DNA from: an uncultured Acidobacteriota bacterium
Lineage (GTDB): Bacteria > Acidobacteriota > Vicinamibacteria > Vicinamibacterales > 2-12-FULL-66-21
Assembly (NCBI GenBank): GCA_963839705.1
Contig: CAWIWL010000004.1
Coordinates: 128,320 to 192,319 of the forward strand
Direction: 5' to 3'
DNA: 64,000 bases
In this document: one piece after another, positions 9,400 through 18,534 of the stretch
Layout: each line of letters starts with the position of its first letter
Numbering within the stretch: the first letter of the stretch is position 1
Made by a program: the position numbers and the translations under genes
Notes under the pieces: generated by a model
Databases searched by the model: none
Seen by the model: the letters and a program-made list of their open reading frames with translations, nothing else
Told to the model about the DNA's origin: nothing

Positions 9400-9458
9400 C
9401 GCATCGCGACTCTCAAACCCTACTACTGCTGGTAGTACTAAGACGAATGGTGTGAACT

Positions 9459-11717
9459 GTGGCGCGGGGGGAGCCCGTGTTTCACGTTCTACCCGTTCGT
9501 GGTGTGCTTATCGTCCGGATCGTCGCGCTGGCCGTACTGGCCGCGCTGGTCGTCGCGCTCCCTGCGTCAGCGCGACAGCCCCAGCGTCCACTCACCGGTC
9601 GAGTCGTCGACGAGAAGACGAGCGCGCCGATCGCCGGAGCAGCCGTCACGATCGGCGGGGTTCCCGGGTCGGTCAAGACGGATGCCGACGGCCGGTTCAC
9701 GATCGAACCCAGCCCCACTCCGCCCTTTCAGGTCATCGTCGTGCTCGCCAACGGAACGGTGGCGCGGCCCGTACGCGTGACGTCGACCGATGACCCGGCG
9801 ACGATCACGGTCAATGCTCTCGCTGACGAATCGGTGACCGTTGTGGGGGCGGCGCCGAGCATCGACGCGTCGCCGGCGGCAGCGACGACGCTCCTCTCCA
9901 ACCTCCAGATCGCGCGCCGGTCGCCCGAGAACCTGATGCAAGCGCTCGAGACCGTGCCCGGCGTCAACCAGGTGTCGGAAGGCCACGCGTCGGTGCCGGC
10001 AATCCGGGGAATGGCGCGCGGTCGCGTGCTCATCCTGGTCGACGGCGCCCGTGTGACGTCGGAGCGCAGGGTCGGCCCGAGTGCTACCTTTCTTGATCCC
10101 GCCGTACTCGAAGGTATCGACGTCGCGCGTGGACCCGGTTCGGTCGCGTACGGATCCGATGCGCTTGGCGGCGTGATCTCCATGCGGACCCGGAACGCCC
10201 AACCGGGCAGCCCACTGCAGGTTCGGGGAACCGCCGCGTTCGGCGCGGGCACACCGGATCGACGCGGCTCCCTGGACCTCTCCAAGGGGTTCGCGAAGGG
10301 AGGCGTGCTCGTCGAGGGTCATGCGCGTGGCGCGGACGACTGGAGCAGTCCCGAGGACGACACCGACATCTTCAATTCGGGATGGAGCGACGGCGGATTC
10401 GTCGTGCGAGGCAATCACGAAGTCGGGCCGGGCGTCCTGACGGCCGGGTGGCAGAGCGATTTCGGCCGCGACATCGAGCGCCCCCGCAACAATTCGCGCA
10501 CCGTCCGCTTCTACTACCCGTACGAGGACTCCCACCGCTTCACGACGTCTTACGACGTCGGCAACCGTGGCGGCCTCGAGCAGGTCAGCTTCACCGGCTT
10601 CCTCGGCTCCTTCGACCAGCGCACTGACCAGGATCGGTACGCCACCGCGACCACCGGCCGAAGCATCGAACGCGCCGACGTGTCGGCGAACGATTTCCAC
10701 GTCAAGGGCAGCGCGCAGAAGGGCCTCGGCCGCGCCCGGTTCGAGTTCGGCCTCGACGTCAACGGCCGGTACAATCTCGAGGCGCTCGACATCATCCAGG
10801 CCTACGATCTTGCCGGCAACCTCACGCGCGATACGACCAACGAATCGATCGAGGACGCGCGTCGCACGGACGTCGGCGCATTCGTCCAGGCCGACGCGTT
10901 CGTCCTGAACACATTGCGCCTGTCAGGCGGGATCAGAGGCGACAACGTCACGACCCGAAACACTGGCGGCTTCTTCGGCGATCGCTCGACGTCGAACGGG
11001 GCGTTTTCTGGATTCGCCGCTGCGACGGTCGGGCCGTTTTCGGGCCTGAGCTTCACTGCGCAGGGGTCCCGCGGATTCCGCGATCCGACGCTCTCTGATC
11101 GGTACTTCCGCGGCCCGTCGGGCCGCGGGTTCATCACCGGCAACCCTGACCTCAACCCCGAAACGAGCCTGCAGTTCGATCTTTCGGCGCGCTACACGCT
11201 CGCTCGCACACAGATCGGCGTTTTTTACTACGACTATCGCATCGATGACCTCATCGAGCGCTACTCACCGCAGACCGATTTCTTCTTTTTCAGGAATCGC
11301 GGCGAAGGGCACATCCAGGGGTTCGAGCTCGAAACGCGGACCGACCTCGGCCACGGTTACTCGGTCGAGCTCGGCGCGCAGATCGGACGCGGCGAGCTCG
11401 AAGACGATGGGTCGAACCTGGATGACATCTCGCCGGACACGTTCCTCGCGCTCGTCCGGAAGGACTTCGGCCAGCGTGCGTTCGGACAGGTACGGATGGC
11501 ATTTCTGGCCAAAGACAATCGTCCCGGACCGAGCGACGTGGCCGCACCAGGCGCGACGGTCATCGACCTCGCCGGCGGCTGGCATTTCACGCCGAACCTG
11601 GAGCTGCGCGGCCTCGTGCGCAACCTGCTGGACGATTCGTACTACGCGAGCCCCGATCCCCGCTGGGTGTGGGCTGCCGGACGATCAGCAAGCATCACGC
11701 TCGCCGTGCAGTTCTGA
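9459..11717 (+). CDS. TonB-dependent receptor with N-terminal carboxypeptidase-regulatory-like domain
   Basis: Signal peptide (LAVLAALVVALPASA), CarboxypepD_reg-like segment (GRVVDEKTSAPIAGAAVTIGGVPGSVKTDADGRFTI), plug motifs (IRGMARGRVLILVDG), and a beta-barrel ending in the terminal aromatic ...ITLAVQF. The exact start is uncertain. Confidence 0.85.
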   Translation: MARGEPVFHVLPVRGVLIVRIVALAVLAALVVALPASARQPQRPLTGRVVDEKTSAPIAGAAVTIGGVPGSVKTDADGRFTIEPSPTPPFQVIVVLANGTVARPVRVTSTDDPATITVNALADESVTVVGAAPSIDASPAAATTLLSNLQIARRSPENLMQALETVPGVNQVSEGHASVPAIRGMARGRVLILVDGARVTSERRVGPSATFLDPAVLEGIDVARGPGSVAYGSDALGGVISMRTRNAQPGSPLQVRGTAAFGAGTPDRRGSLDLSKGFAKGGVLVEGHARGADDWSSPEDDTDIFNSGWSDGGFVVRGNHEVGPGVLTAGWQSDFGRDIERPRNNSRTVRFYYPYEDSHRFTTSYDVGNRGGLEQVSFTGFLGSFDQRTDQDRYATATTGRSIERADVSANDFHVKGSAQKGLGRARFEFGLDVNGRYNLEALDIIQAYDLAGNLTRDTTNESIEDARRTDVGAFVQADAFVLNTLRLSGGIRGDNVTTRNTGGFFGDRSTSNGAFSGFAAATVGPFSGLSFTAQGSRGFRDPTLSDRYFRGPSGRGFITGNPDLNPETSLQFDLSARYTLARTQIGVFYYDYRIDDLIERYSPQTDFFFFRNRGEGHIQGFELETRTDLGHGYSVELGAQIGRGELEDDGSNLDDISPDTFLALVRKDFGQRAFGQVRMAFLAKDNRPGPSDVAAPGATVIDLAGGWHFTPNLELRGLVRNLLDDSYYASPDPRWVWAAGRSASITLAVQF

Positions 11718-11748
11718 GACCGTTCGGGAGATCTGGGTAATCCTCCGG

Positions 11749-12801
11749 CTACCGCGGACTCGTTCCGAGTCGCCTGCGTTCTCTGAAGTACAGAATCTGG
11801 TACTCGAACACGTTCCGGTTGTGCTCGTCGAGGGTTGTCGCGAACGCGTGACTGCCGTCGTTGCGGCTCACGAAATAGAGGTACGGCACCGCTGCCGGAT
11901 TGGCGGCCGCTTCGAGTGACGCCTGCCCCGGCGCGGCGATAGGCCCGGGCGGCAGGCCGGCATAGCGATACGTGTTGTAGGGAGAGTCGAACTGCAGGTC
12001 GGCACGGGTGAGGTTGCCCGTGTACCGCCCGGCGCGCTCGAGCGCGTAGATGACGGTGGGATCGCACTGCATCCCTATGCCGGCTTTCAGCCGGTTCGCA
12101 TAGACCGCTGCCACGAGCTGCCGTTCTTCCGGTTTCGCAGTCTCCTTCTCGACGAGCGAGGCAAGCGTCACCAGTTCACGGAGGCGCAGCCCGCGCGAAG
12201 CTGCCTGCTGTCGCGTCTCCGGCGTCAGCGCCTTCTCGAAGCGCGCCACCATCCGCGCGACGAGCTCGTCGGCGGTCGTGCTTCGCGGAAGCGTGTAGGT
12301 GTCCGGGAAGAGGTAACCCTCGAGATCTCGCGCGAGCGGATCCAGTTCCCGGATCGGCCCGGGTTTGGACGCGGCGGCCACGAACTCGGCCGCGGTGCCA
12401 AACCCCCTCTCTTCGAAGATTGCCGCCATCTGACGAATCGTCAGCCCCTCACGAAACGTGACGGGCCGCAGGAACACGTCCCCGCGAGCGATCTTGTCGA
12501 CAACGGCCCTCGGCGTCATCGGCGCGTCGAAGCGGTATTCGCCCGCCTGCAGGCGGCGCCCGGCACCCTCGAGCCACACGGCAATGCGAAACGCGGTGGC
12601 GTTCTCGATTACGCCTGCATCCGAGAGGGCCCGCCCCATGCTCTGGGGGTTGCTTCCGGGAACGATCTCGACAAACGTCTCGGCGTCCGCATAGCCCTTG
12701 TACGGCCGCTCCACCAGAAAGTAGGCCCACGCACCAGCCGCGAGCACGGCGAGTACTCCAAGTGCAACCGTTGCCAGGACGATGCGTTTGAGTGTGCGCA
12801 T
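11749..12801 (-). CDS. mltG: Endolytic murein transglycosylase MltG (YceG family)
   Basis: N-terminal TM segment, then the YceG pattern (FREGLTIRQMA ... EGYLFPDTY ... ASLVEKET ... VYANRL ... LQCDPTV-like MQCDPTVIYA ... SPYNTY ... GLPPGPI). Start ATG at 12801; the ORF-track upstream extension is spurious. Confidence 0.9.
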   Translation of the reverse strand: MRTLKRIVLATVALGVLAVLAAGAWAYFLVERPYKGYADAETFVEIVPGSNPQSMGRALSDAGVIENATAFRIAVWLEGAGRRLQAGEYRFDAPMTPRAVVDKIARGDVFLRPVTFREGLTIRQMAAIFEERGFGTAAEFVAAASKPGPIRELDPLARDLEGYLFPDTYTLPRSTTADELVARMVARFEKALTPETRQQAASRGLRLRELVTLASLVEKETAKPEERQLVAAVYANRLKAGIGMQCDPTVIYALERAGRYTGNLTRADLQFDSPYNTYRYAGLPPGPIAAPGQASLEAAANPAAVPYLYFVSRNDGSHAFATTLDEHNRNVFEYQILYFRERRRLGTSPR

Positions 12802-13274
12802 CACGACGGGAGATCCTCCACGCTGCCACCGCTGTCTGAAGATGCCGGCGCGCGGCTGTCGAGGTAGTCCTGCAGAATCACAGCCGCCGAGGCGGCGTCG
12901 AGCAGCGCCTTGCGGTCCCTCCAGTTCTTGAGGCGGCGCGCGAGCAAGCTCTCGGCTTCGCGGCTGCTGAGTCGCTCGTCCTGCAGGACGAGCGGCACCT
13001 CGATCCGCGCACGAAGCGCGTCTGCCAGACCGGCAACAGCCGCAGTCTGATCGGTCGCCTCGCCCCCAAGGGTCCGCGGATAGCCGAGCACCACGCCCGC
13101 CAGCCCGTCGTCTTCCGCGACGAGCGCTGCGACCTCCGCCGCAAGCGCGGAAGCGACGTCGCTTCGATTCCCCTTGCGGGCGATCGTCTTCCACGGCCGG
13201 GACAACATGCCTGTCGCATCGGAGAGCGCGAGGCCGATCCGCCGATGCCCGTAGTCGATGCCGAGAAAGCGCAT
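12801..13274 (-). CDS. ruvX: Holliday-junction resolvase-like pre-16S rRNA nuclease RuvX (YqgF)
   Basis: MRFLGIDYGHRRIGLALSD ... VVLGYPRTLGG ... DERLSS is the YqgF signature. Its stop overlaps the mltG start by 1 nt. Confidence 0.9.
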   Translation of the reverse strand: MRFLGIDYGHRRIGLALSDATGMLSRPWKTIARKGNRSDVASALAAEVAALVAEDDGLAGVVLGYPRTLGGEATDQTAAVAGLADALRARIEVPLVLQDERLSSREAESLLARRLKNWRDRKALLDAASAAVILQDYLDSRAPASSDSGGSVEDLPS

Positions 13275-13375
13275 ACGAGAAGAGGACCCGTACTCGTTGC
13301 TGCTGCCGGGCTTGGCACCGGTCTTGGTCCCTGAGTGGCACATTCGTTCGACGCGCCCGTATAATCTGCTCACCG

Positions 13376-15460
13376 ATGATCCGCATGACTGCGCGCGTGC
13401 TCGCGTCCGCCGCGGCGCTCGCGCTAGTGGCTGGCGTGGCCACCTCTGCCTGCCGGTCCGGGTCGCGCGGCGACACCGGCCGTCCCAAGCTTTTGATCCT
13501 GGGCTTCGATGGGATGGACCCGGCGCTGCTCGAGCGGTGGATGAAAGCGGGTCAGCTGCCCAACCTCTCGCGCCTCGCGTCCACGGGCGGCGTTCGGCCG
13601 CTCGCGACGACGCACTCGCCGGAGTCGCCGACGGCCTGGGCATCGTTTGCGACGGGGGTCAACCCGGGCAAACACAACATCTACGATTTTCTGGTGCGCG
13701 ACACGGCGACATATCTGCCGGATCTCGGGATGGTCCGCCGCGAGCCCGCGCGTTTTCTCCTCGGCTACCTCCCCATCGCGAAGCCGAAGCTCTTCTCCAT
13801 CCGAGGTGGCACATCGTTCTGGGTGACTGCCGGGCAGGCGGGTGTCCGGTCGAGCGTCCTCACCGTGCCGGTGACCTTTCCCCCCGAGGACGTGCCAAAC
13901 GGGGAGCTCCTCTCCGGACTGCCGCTCCCAGACATTCGCGGCACGATGGGCACGTTCTACTACTTCGCGACCGACCTTAGCCGTTACGAAGAAGGCAACA
14001 CCGAGTTCGGCGGCATCCTCAAGCGACTCCTCATGGAACAGGACGTTGCACGGACCGAGCTCATCGGCCCGCCGAATCCGCTAGTCCGAGCGGAGATCCA
14101 GGCTCTCCGCACCAAAGGTCCAACGCTGAGCGATCAGGATCGGGCGACGGTCGCCGCGCTGCAGGCCAAGGAAGACGTGCGGGTGCCGCTGACGATCCGA
14201 TGGCATCGATCGCAAAAGACGGCGACCGTGGAGATCCAGGGTCAATCGCTGCTGCTCGAACCGGGAAAGGTGAGCCGCTGGATCGACCTCGAATTCCGCG
14301 TCAATTTCCTGGTCCGGCTCCACGGGATGGCGCAGCTGCTCCTGATGAAGGCCGACAACGAGCTGCAGCTCTATGTCTCGCCCGTCAACTGGAAGCCCGA
14401 CGCACCCCCGCTACCCATCTCGTCGCCGCCCTCCTTCGCCGGAGACCTCTTCCAACGCCTCGGCTACTACCGGACGCTTGGCTGGGCCGAGGCGACGTGG
14501 CCGCTCAATGAAGGCCGCATAGACGAACAGACGTTCATGGAGGACCTCTTCAAGGCCTTCGATGACCGTGCACAGGTCATCCTCAGCAGGATCGATGCGC
14601 GGAACTGGGACCTGCTCGTAGGCGTGGTCGAGTCGACCGACCGCGTCCAGCACATGATGTGGCGGCTCCAGGATCCGCGGCACCCGATGTACGACGCGGC
14701 GCTCGCCGAGCGATTCGGCGACTCGATCCTGCGCGTTTACCGGCGCGCCGATCAGCTCGTCGGCGAGGCACTCGAACGCGTCGAACCGGGGACGACGGTT
14801 CTCGTCGTTTCCGACCACGGCTTCCACTCGTGGCGCAAGTCGGTCAACCTCAACACGTGGCTCGTCCAGCAGGGCTACATGGTGCTTCAGACGAAAGGCG
14901 GCCAGGCGCCCGGAGAGAAAAAACTCGACGACCTCTTCGGCGGCGGCGAATTCTGGGAGAACGTCGATTGGTCGCGCACGCGCGCCTATGCGATGGGGCT
15001 CGGCCAGATTTACTTCAACCTGCGGGGCCGCGAAGCCCGCGGCATCGTCAGCCCCGGCGCCGAGGCGAAGCAGCTGGCCGACGAATTGAGCGCCCGCCTC
15101 CTGACGATGACGGATCCTGACGACGGGGCACGAATCGTCCGGTCGGTGTATCAGCGCGACAACGTGTATGCCGGCGAGTTCCTCCACAACGCGTCTGAGC
15201 TCCAGGTGGGCATGGAGGATGGCTACCGCGTGTCCTGGCAGACGACGCTCGGCGGATCGCCGGCCGGGATTGTCTATCCGAACATGAAGAAGTGGAGCGG
15301 CGATCACGGAGGGTATGATTTCGCCACGACGGCGGGCGTCCTCGTGTCGAACAAGCCGCTCGCATCGCAAACCCCGTCGATCATGGACATTGCCCCGACC
15401 GTGTTGAAGTTCTTCGGCGTTCAGATTCCCGGCAGCATCGATGGCAAATCGATTTTCTAG
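13376..15460 (+). CDS. Alkaline-phosphatase-superfamily protein (nucleotide pyrophosphatase/phosphodiesterase-like), probable lipoprotein
   Basis: Lipobox-like VATSAC, then LILGFDGMDP ... PLATTHSPESPTAWASFATG ... VVSDHGF ... SGDHGG, matching type I phosphodiesterase / AP-superfamily metal-site motifs. Confidence 0.75.
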   Translation: MIRMTARVLASAAALALVAGVATSACRSGSRGDTGRPKLLILGFDGMDPALLERWMKAGQLPNLSRLASTGGVRPLATTHSPESPTAWASFATGVNPGKHNIYDFLVRDTATYLPDLGMVRREPARFLLGYLPIAKPKLFSIRGGTSFWVTAGQAGVRSSVLTVPVTFPPEDVPNGELLSGLPLPDIRGTMGTFYYFATDLSRYEEGNTEFGGILKRLLMEQDVARTELIGPPNPLVRAEIQALRTKGPTLSDQDRATVAALQAKEDVRVPLTIRWHRSQKTATVEIQGQSLLLEPGKVSRWIDLEFRVNFLVRLHGMAQLLLMKADNELQLYVSPVNWKPDAPPLPISSPPSFAGDLFQRLGYYRTLGWAEATWPLNEGRIDEQTFMEDLFKAFDDRAQVILSRIDARNWDLLVGVVESTDRVQHMMWRLQDPRHPMYDAALAERFGDSILRVYRRADQLVGEALERVEPGTTVLVVSDHGFHSWRKSVNLNTWLVQQGYMVLQTKGGQAPGEKKLDDLFGGGEFWENVDWSRTRAYAMGLGQIYFNLRGREARGIVSPGAEAKQLADELSARLLTMTDPDDGARIVRSVYQRDNVYAGEFLHNASELQVGMEDGYRVSWQTTLGGSPAGIVYPNMKKWSGDHGGYDFATTAGVLVSNKPLASQTPSIMDIAPTVLKFFGVQIPGSIDGKSIF

Positions 15461-16586
15461 CCGCTTCGCCCTCGCCGGCTTCCTGATGATGAGCCTCGGC
15501 GTCGCCGCGCAGGACGCGCCGGCGCGGCGGGCGCAGACGCCGGCCGAGCGGGCGAGCGACCGGATCCGGTCGCTCCAACGCGAAGCCGACGCGCTCGTCG
15601 CGCAGGAGAGCCAACTGCTCGTCGAGCTCCGGAAGCTGGAGCTCGAGCGCCAAATCAAAGTTGAAGAGCTCGCCGCGATCGACAAGCACCAGCAGGACAC
15701 CTCGCGTCAGTTGAACGCCGCGTCGGCGCGCGCGGAAGCGCTGCGCAAGACCGCGGAGGCGGATCGGCCCGACATCGAAGCCCGGCTCGTCCATCTCTAC
15801 CGGCTCGGCCGCGCCGGCTACTGGCGGCTGCTGCTCGACGTGGACGACCTGCGCTCGCTCGGCCGCGTGTACCGCACGGCCGCGGCGATGACCCACCTCG
15901 ATCGCGAGCGCATCCAGTCGCACAAGCGGACGCTCGACGCGCTCGCCGAGGAGCGCCGGATATTGCAGGCGCGATCGCTGGAGCTCGTCACGCTCGAGCA
16001 ATCGGCAACCAAGGCTCGCGCGGCGCTCGATCGCGCGGTGCAGAACCGCAGCGCGCTCGTCGCCTCGATCGACGCGCGGCGCGATCTCAATGCGCAATGG
16101 ACGAGCGAGCTCGAAGCCGCGCAGCAGCGGCTGCAGACCTCGGTGACCGCGATCGACGGCAGCGCCCCCGCCCTTCCCATCCGGCCCTTTCAAGGCGCGC
16201 TCCCCTGGCCCGCTCGCGGCGCGCTCAGCTCCCGGTTCGGCCGTCAGCAAAGCAGCCGGTTCGGGACCTCCATCGTCCGCAACGGCATCGAAGTCGCCTG
16301 CGCCGAGGGGCAGCCGGTCAGAGCCGTCCACGAGGGCGTCGTCGCGTTCGCCGGACAGTTCACGGGCTATGGCAACCTCGTTATTGTCGAGCACGGCGAG
16401 CGGGCATTCTCCCTGTACGGACATCTGAGCGCTATCCAGACCGCCCAGGGCGAACGCGTCCCGGCCCAGGCACTCATCGGACGTTCGGGGCTGAATCCCA
16501 ACGGTACTCCCGCGCTGTACTTCGAGCTCCGCGTCGACGGCAAGCCGGTCGATCCCTTACAATGGTTACAGAAAGGGATTCCATGA
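15441..16586 (+). CDS. M23 family peptidase with N-terminal coiled coil (EnvC-like murein hydrolase activator)
   Basis: Signal peptide, a ~230-aa coiled coil, then a C-terminal LytM domain (GIEVACAEGQPVRAVHEGVVAFAG.FTGYGNLVIVEHG...SLYGHL). Confidence 0.85.
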   Translation: MANRFSSRFALAGFLMMSLGVAAQDAPARRAQTPAERASDRIRSLQREADALVAQESQLLVELRKLELERQIKVEELAAIDKHQQDTSRQLNAASARAEALRKTAEADRPDIEARLVHLYRLGRAGYWRLLLDVDDLRSLGRVYRTAAAMTHLDRERIQSHKRTLDALAEERRILQARSLELVTLEQSATKARAALDRAVQNRSALVASIDARRDLNAQWTSELEAAQQRLQTSVTAIDGSAPALPIRPFQGALPWPARGALSSRFGRQQSSRFGTSIVRNGIEVACAEGQPVRAVHEGVVAFAGQFTGYGNLVIVEHGERAFSLYGHLSAIQTAQGERVPAQALIGRSGLNPNGTPALYFELRVDGKPVDPLQWLQKGIP

Positions 16587-17761
16587 CCTTCAAGACCCGC
16601 ATGTCCGTGCTGGTGCTCTCCACGCCCGTCCTTGCGTTCGTCCTGGTGGGCGGACTGATGGGCGCGGATCAGGCGCAGAGCACTGCACAGCAGACCTACC
16701 AGCACTTGCGGGTATTCGACGACGTGGTCGAACTGGTGTTGCACAACTATGTCGGCGACGTGCAGGTCGACAAGGTGATGGACGGCGCGATGCGGGGCCT
16801 GGCCGATGGGCTCGACCCGGACAGCGCGTTCCTCACGCCTGGACAAGTCAAGGCGGTTGAGGCCGGGGAAGCGGCACCCGACGGTGACGTCGGCATCGAG
16901 CTGACCCGCCGCTACTACCTCTATATCATCGCGGCGCGCGACGGATCGCCGGCTCACAAAGCGGGCCTGCGGACTGCGGACACGATCCGGGCGATCGACG
17001 GCAAGCCGACGCGCGACATGTCGGTCTTCGAAGGCACGCGCGTCCTGCGCGGGAAGGCCGGGACGAAGGTGACCCTCACGATCATCCGGGGCAACGCCGC
17101 CGATCCGCACGAGGTCGTGCTGGTGCGGGAGAGGGTCGCCGGTCCGCTCGTCACGAGCCGGCTGATCGGCTCGACGGGCTACCTGCGCATCGTCTCGTTC
17201 CGGAATGGTGTGGCCGAGGAACTGCGCAAGCAAGCGGCTGACCTCGCAAAAGGCGGCGCGAAGAATCTGATCGTCGACGTGCGGCGGACCGCCGAAGGGC
17301 CGCTCGAGAACGGGATCGCGGCCGCACGCGTCTTCATCAAGTCGGGCACGCTGGCCATCAAGGCCGGCCGCGGAAAGCCCGAAACCCGTGAGTCGGTCCT
17401 GGCCCGCGCCGGCGACCCCACCGTCGACCTCCCCGCCGCGGTGCTCGTCACGACGGGCACATCAGGGCCGGGCGAGCTCTTCGTCGCGGCGATGAACGAC
17501 AACGATCGCGCTGAGCTGATAGGCGAACGCACGCTCGGACGCGCCGGCATTCAGAAGCTCGTCAAGCTGCCCGAAGGCCGCGGTCTCTGGCTGACCTACG
17601 CGCGCTACCTGACACCGAAGGGCAACCCCATTCAGGGACGCGGGCTCGAGCCGGACGTCGTCGTCGACGAACCCGATGTGGAGTTCGGCGCAGCCGCGTC
17701 GGAAAAAGATCTCATCCTCGATGCCGCGCTCGAGCGGATGAAGCTGAAAGTCGCTGCGTAG
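16583..17761 (+). CDS. ctpA: S41 family C-terminal processing peptidase
   Basis: TM/signal segment, PDZ region (GIELTRRYYLYIIAARDGSPAHKAGLRTADTIRAIDG), and S41 core (LIVDVRRTAEG ... VLVTTGTSGPGELF). ATG 16583 overlaps the upstream stop (ATGA). Confidence 0.85.
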   Translation: MTFKTRMSVLVLSTPVLAFVLVGGLMGADQAQSTAQQTYQHLRVFDDVVELVLHNYVGDVQVDKVMDGAMRGLADGLDPDSAFLTPGQVKAVEAGEAAPDGDVGIELTRRYYLYIIAARDGSPAHKAGLRTADTIRAIDGKPTRDMSVFEGTRVLRGKAGTKVTLTIIRGNAADPHEVVLVRERVAGPLVTSRLIGSTGYLRIVSFRNGVAEELRKQAADLAKGGAKNLIVDVRRTAEGPLENGIAAARVFIKSGTLAIKAGRGKPETRESVLARAGDPTVDLPAAVLVTTGTSGPGELFVAAMNDNDRAELIGERTLGRAGIQKLVKLPEGRGLWLTYARYLTPKGNPIQGRGLEPDVVVDEPDVEFGAAASEKDLILDAALERMKLKVAA

Positions 17762-17764
17762 CTA

Positions 17765-17793
17765 TTGACACTGCCTACCTAGCGGCGTATAAC
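17765..17793 (+). promoter_or_regulatory. Sigma70-like promoter TTGACA-N17-TATAAC upstream of hupB
   Basis: TTGACA at 17765-17770, a 17-nt spacer, then TATAAC at 17788-17793, about 80 nt upstream of the hupB ATG. Confidence 0.5.
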
Positions 17794-17871
17794 CGCAGCA
17801 CACTTCTCGCGAACCCGTGCCGCGCTGGGGCCGCACGGGCACACGCGGTTTCTTCCTCATCGGAGACATTC

Positions 17872-18144
17872 ATGAATAAGCAGGAACTCATCTCGAAGAT
17901 TGCCGAGGACACTGGCCTCACCAAGACGAGTGCATCGGCCGCCGTCGACTCGTTCATCCAGGGCGTGACCAAGTCGCTCAAGAAGGGACAGCCGATCACG
18001 TTCGTCGGTTTCGGCACGTTCAAGACGGCGCAGCGGAAAGCGCGGAACGCGCGCAATCCGCAGACCGGCGCCGCGATCAAGATCCCGAAGCGCCGTGTCG
18101 TGCGCTTCACTGCCGGCAAGGCGCTCAAGACGGCCGTCAACTAG
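17872..18144 (+). CDS. hupB: HU family DNA-binding protein
   Basis: 90 aa. MNKQELISKIAEDTGLTKTSA ... FGTFKTAQRKARNARNPQTGAAIKIPKRRVVRFTAGKALK is a canonical HU sequence. Confidence 0.95.
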   Translation: MNKQELISKIAEDTGLTKTSASAAVDSFIQGVTKSLKKGQPITFVGFGTFKTAQRKARNARNPQTGAAIKIPKRRVVRFTAGKALKTAVN

Positions 18145-18299
18145 CGACCGCCGAGCATCAGGGACAAGGGAGAAGGCGGCTCTCGCCCCTTCTGCCTCGT
18201 CCCTTTTGCCTTCCTGCCGCCCGTTTCCTTTCCCCTTGTCCACTTTCCCTGGATCTTGGTAAACTATCCGTTCCGGTAAGGCCAGTGTTTTCAAGACAT

Positions 18300-18376
18300 A
18301 GGCGCGTAGCTCAGTTGGTTAGAGCGCCTGCTTGACACGCAGGAGGTCGGCAGTTCGAGTCTGCCCGTGCCTACCA
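18300..18376 (+). tRNA. tRNA-Val (anticodon GAC), CCA encoded
   Basis: Hand-folded cloverleaf: acceptor AGGCGCG/CGTGCCT (one G-U pair), D stem GCTC/GAGC, anticodon stem CCTGC/GCAGG with loop TTGACAC, T arm GGCAG-TTCGAGT-CTGCC, discriminator A, then CCA. Total 77 nt. Confidence 0.9.
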
Positions 18377-18534
18377 ACCTTCGCTCACGCTTGCAAGCCT
18401 GAGCGTGAGCTACGGTTGGCAAGCCACGCGAAGGTTGCGCGCCGAAGCTCGCGAAGCGACCGAAGGCGGGCCGCGGTTTTGAACCCACTGTCGGAAGCAC
18501 GCCAAGACGCACGATCCCTTACCTGCATTAAGAA

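Noticed and set aside
9421-9437. Palindrome TACTAC-TGCTG-GTAGTA between nadK and the TonB-dependent receptor as an operator or terminator
   Set aside because: A 6-bp AT-rich stem with no T-tract, no second copy and no resemblance to a Fur box. It is too weak to call.
15381-17233. Minus-strand ORFs 15381..16424 (347 aa) and 16367..17233 (288 aa) opposite the envC-like and ctpA genes
   Set aside because: No motifs and Arg/Glu/Ala-rich composition. The plus-strand genes have clear M23 and S41/PDZ signatures.
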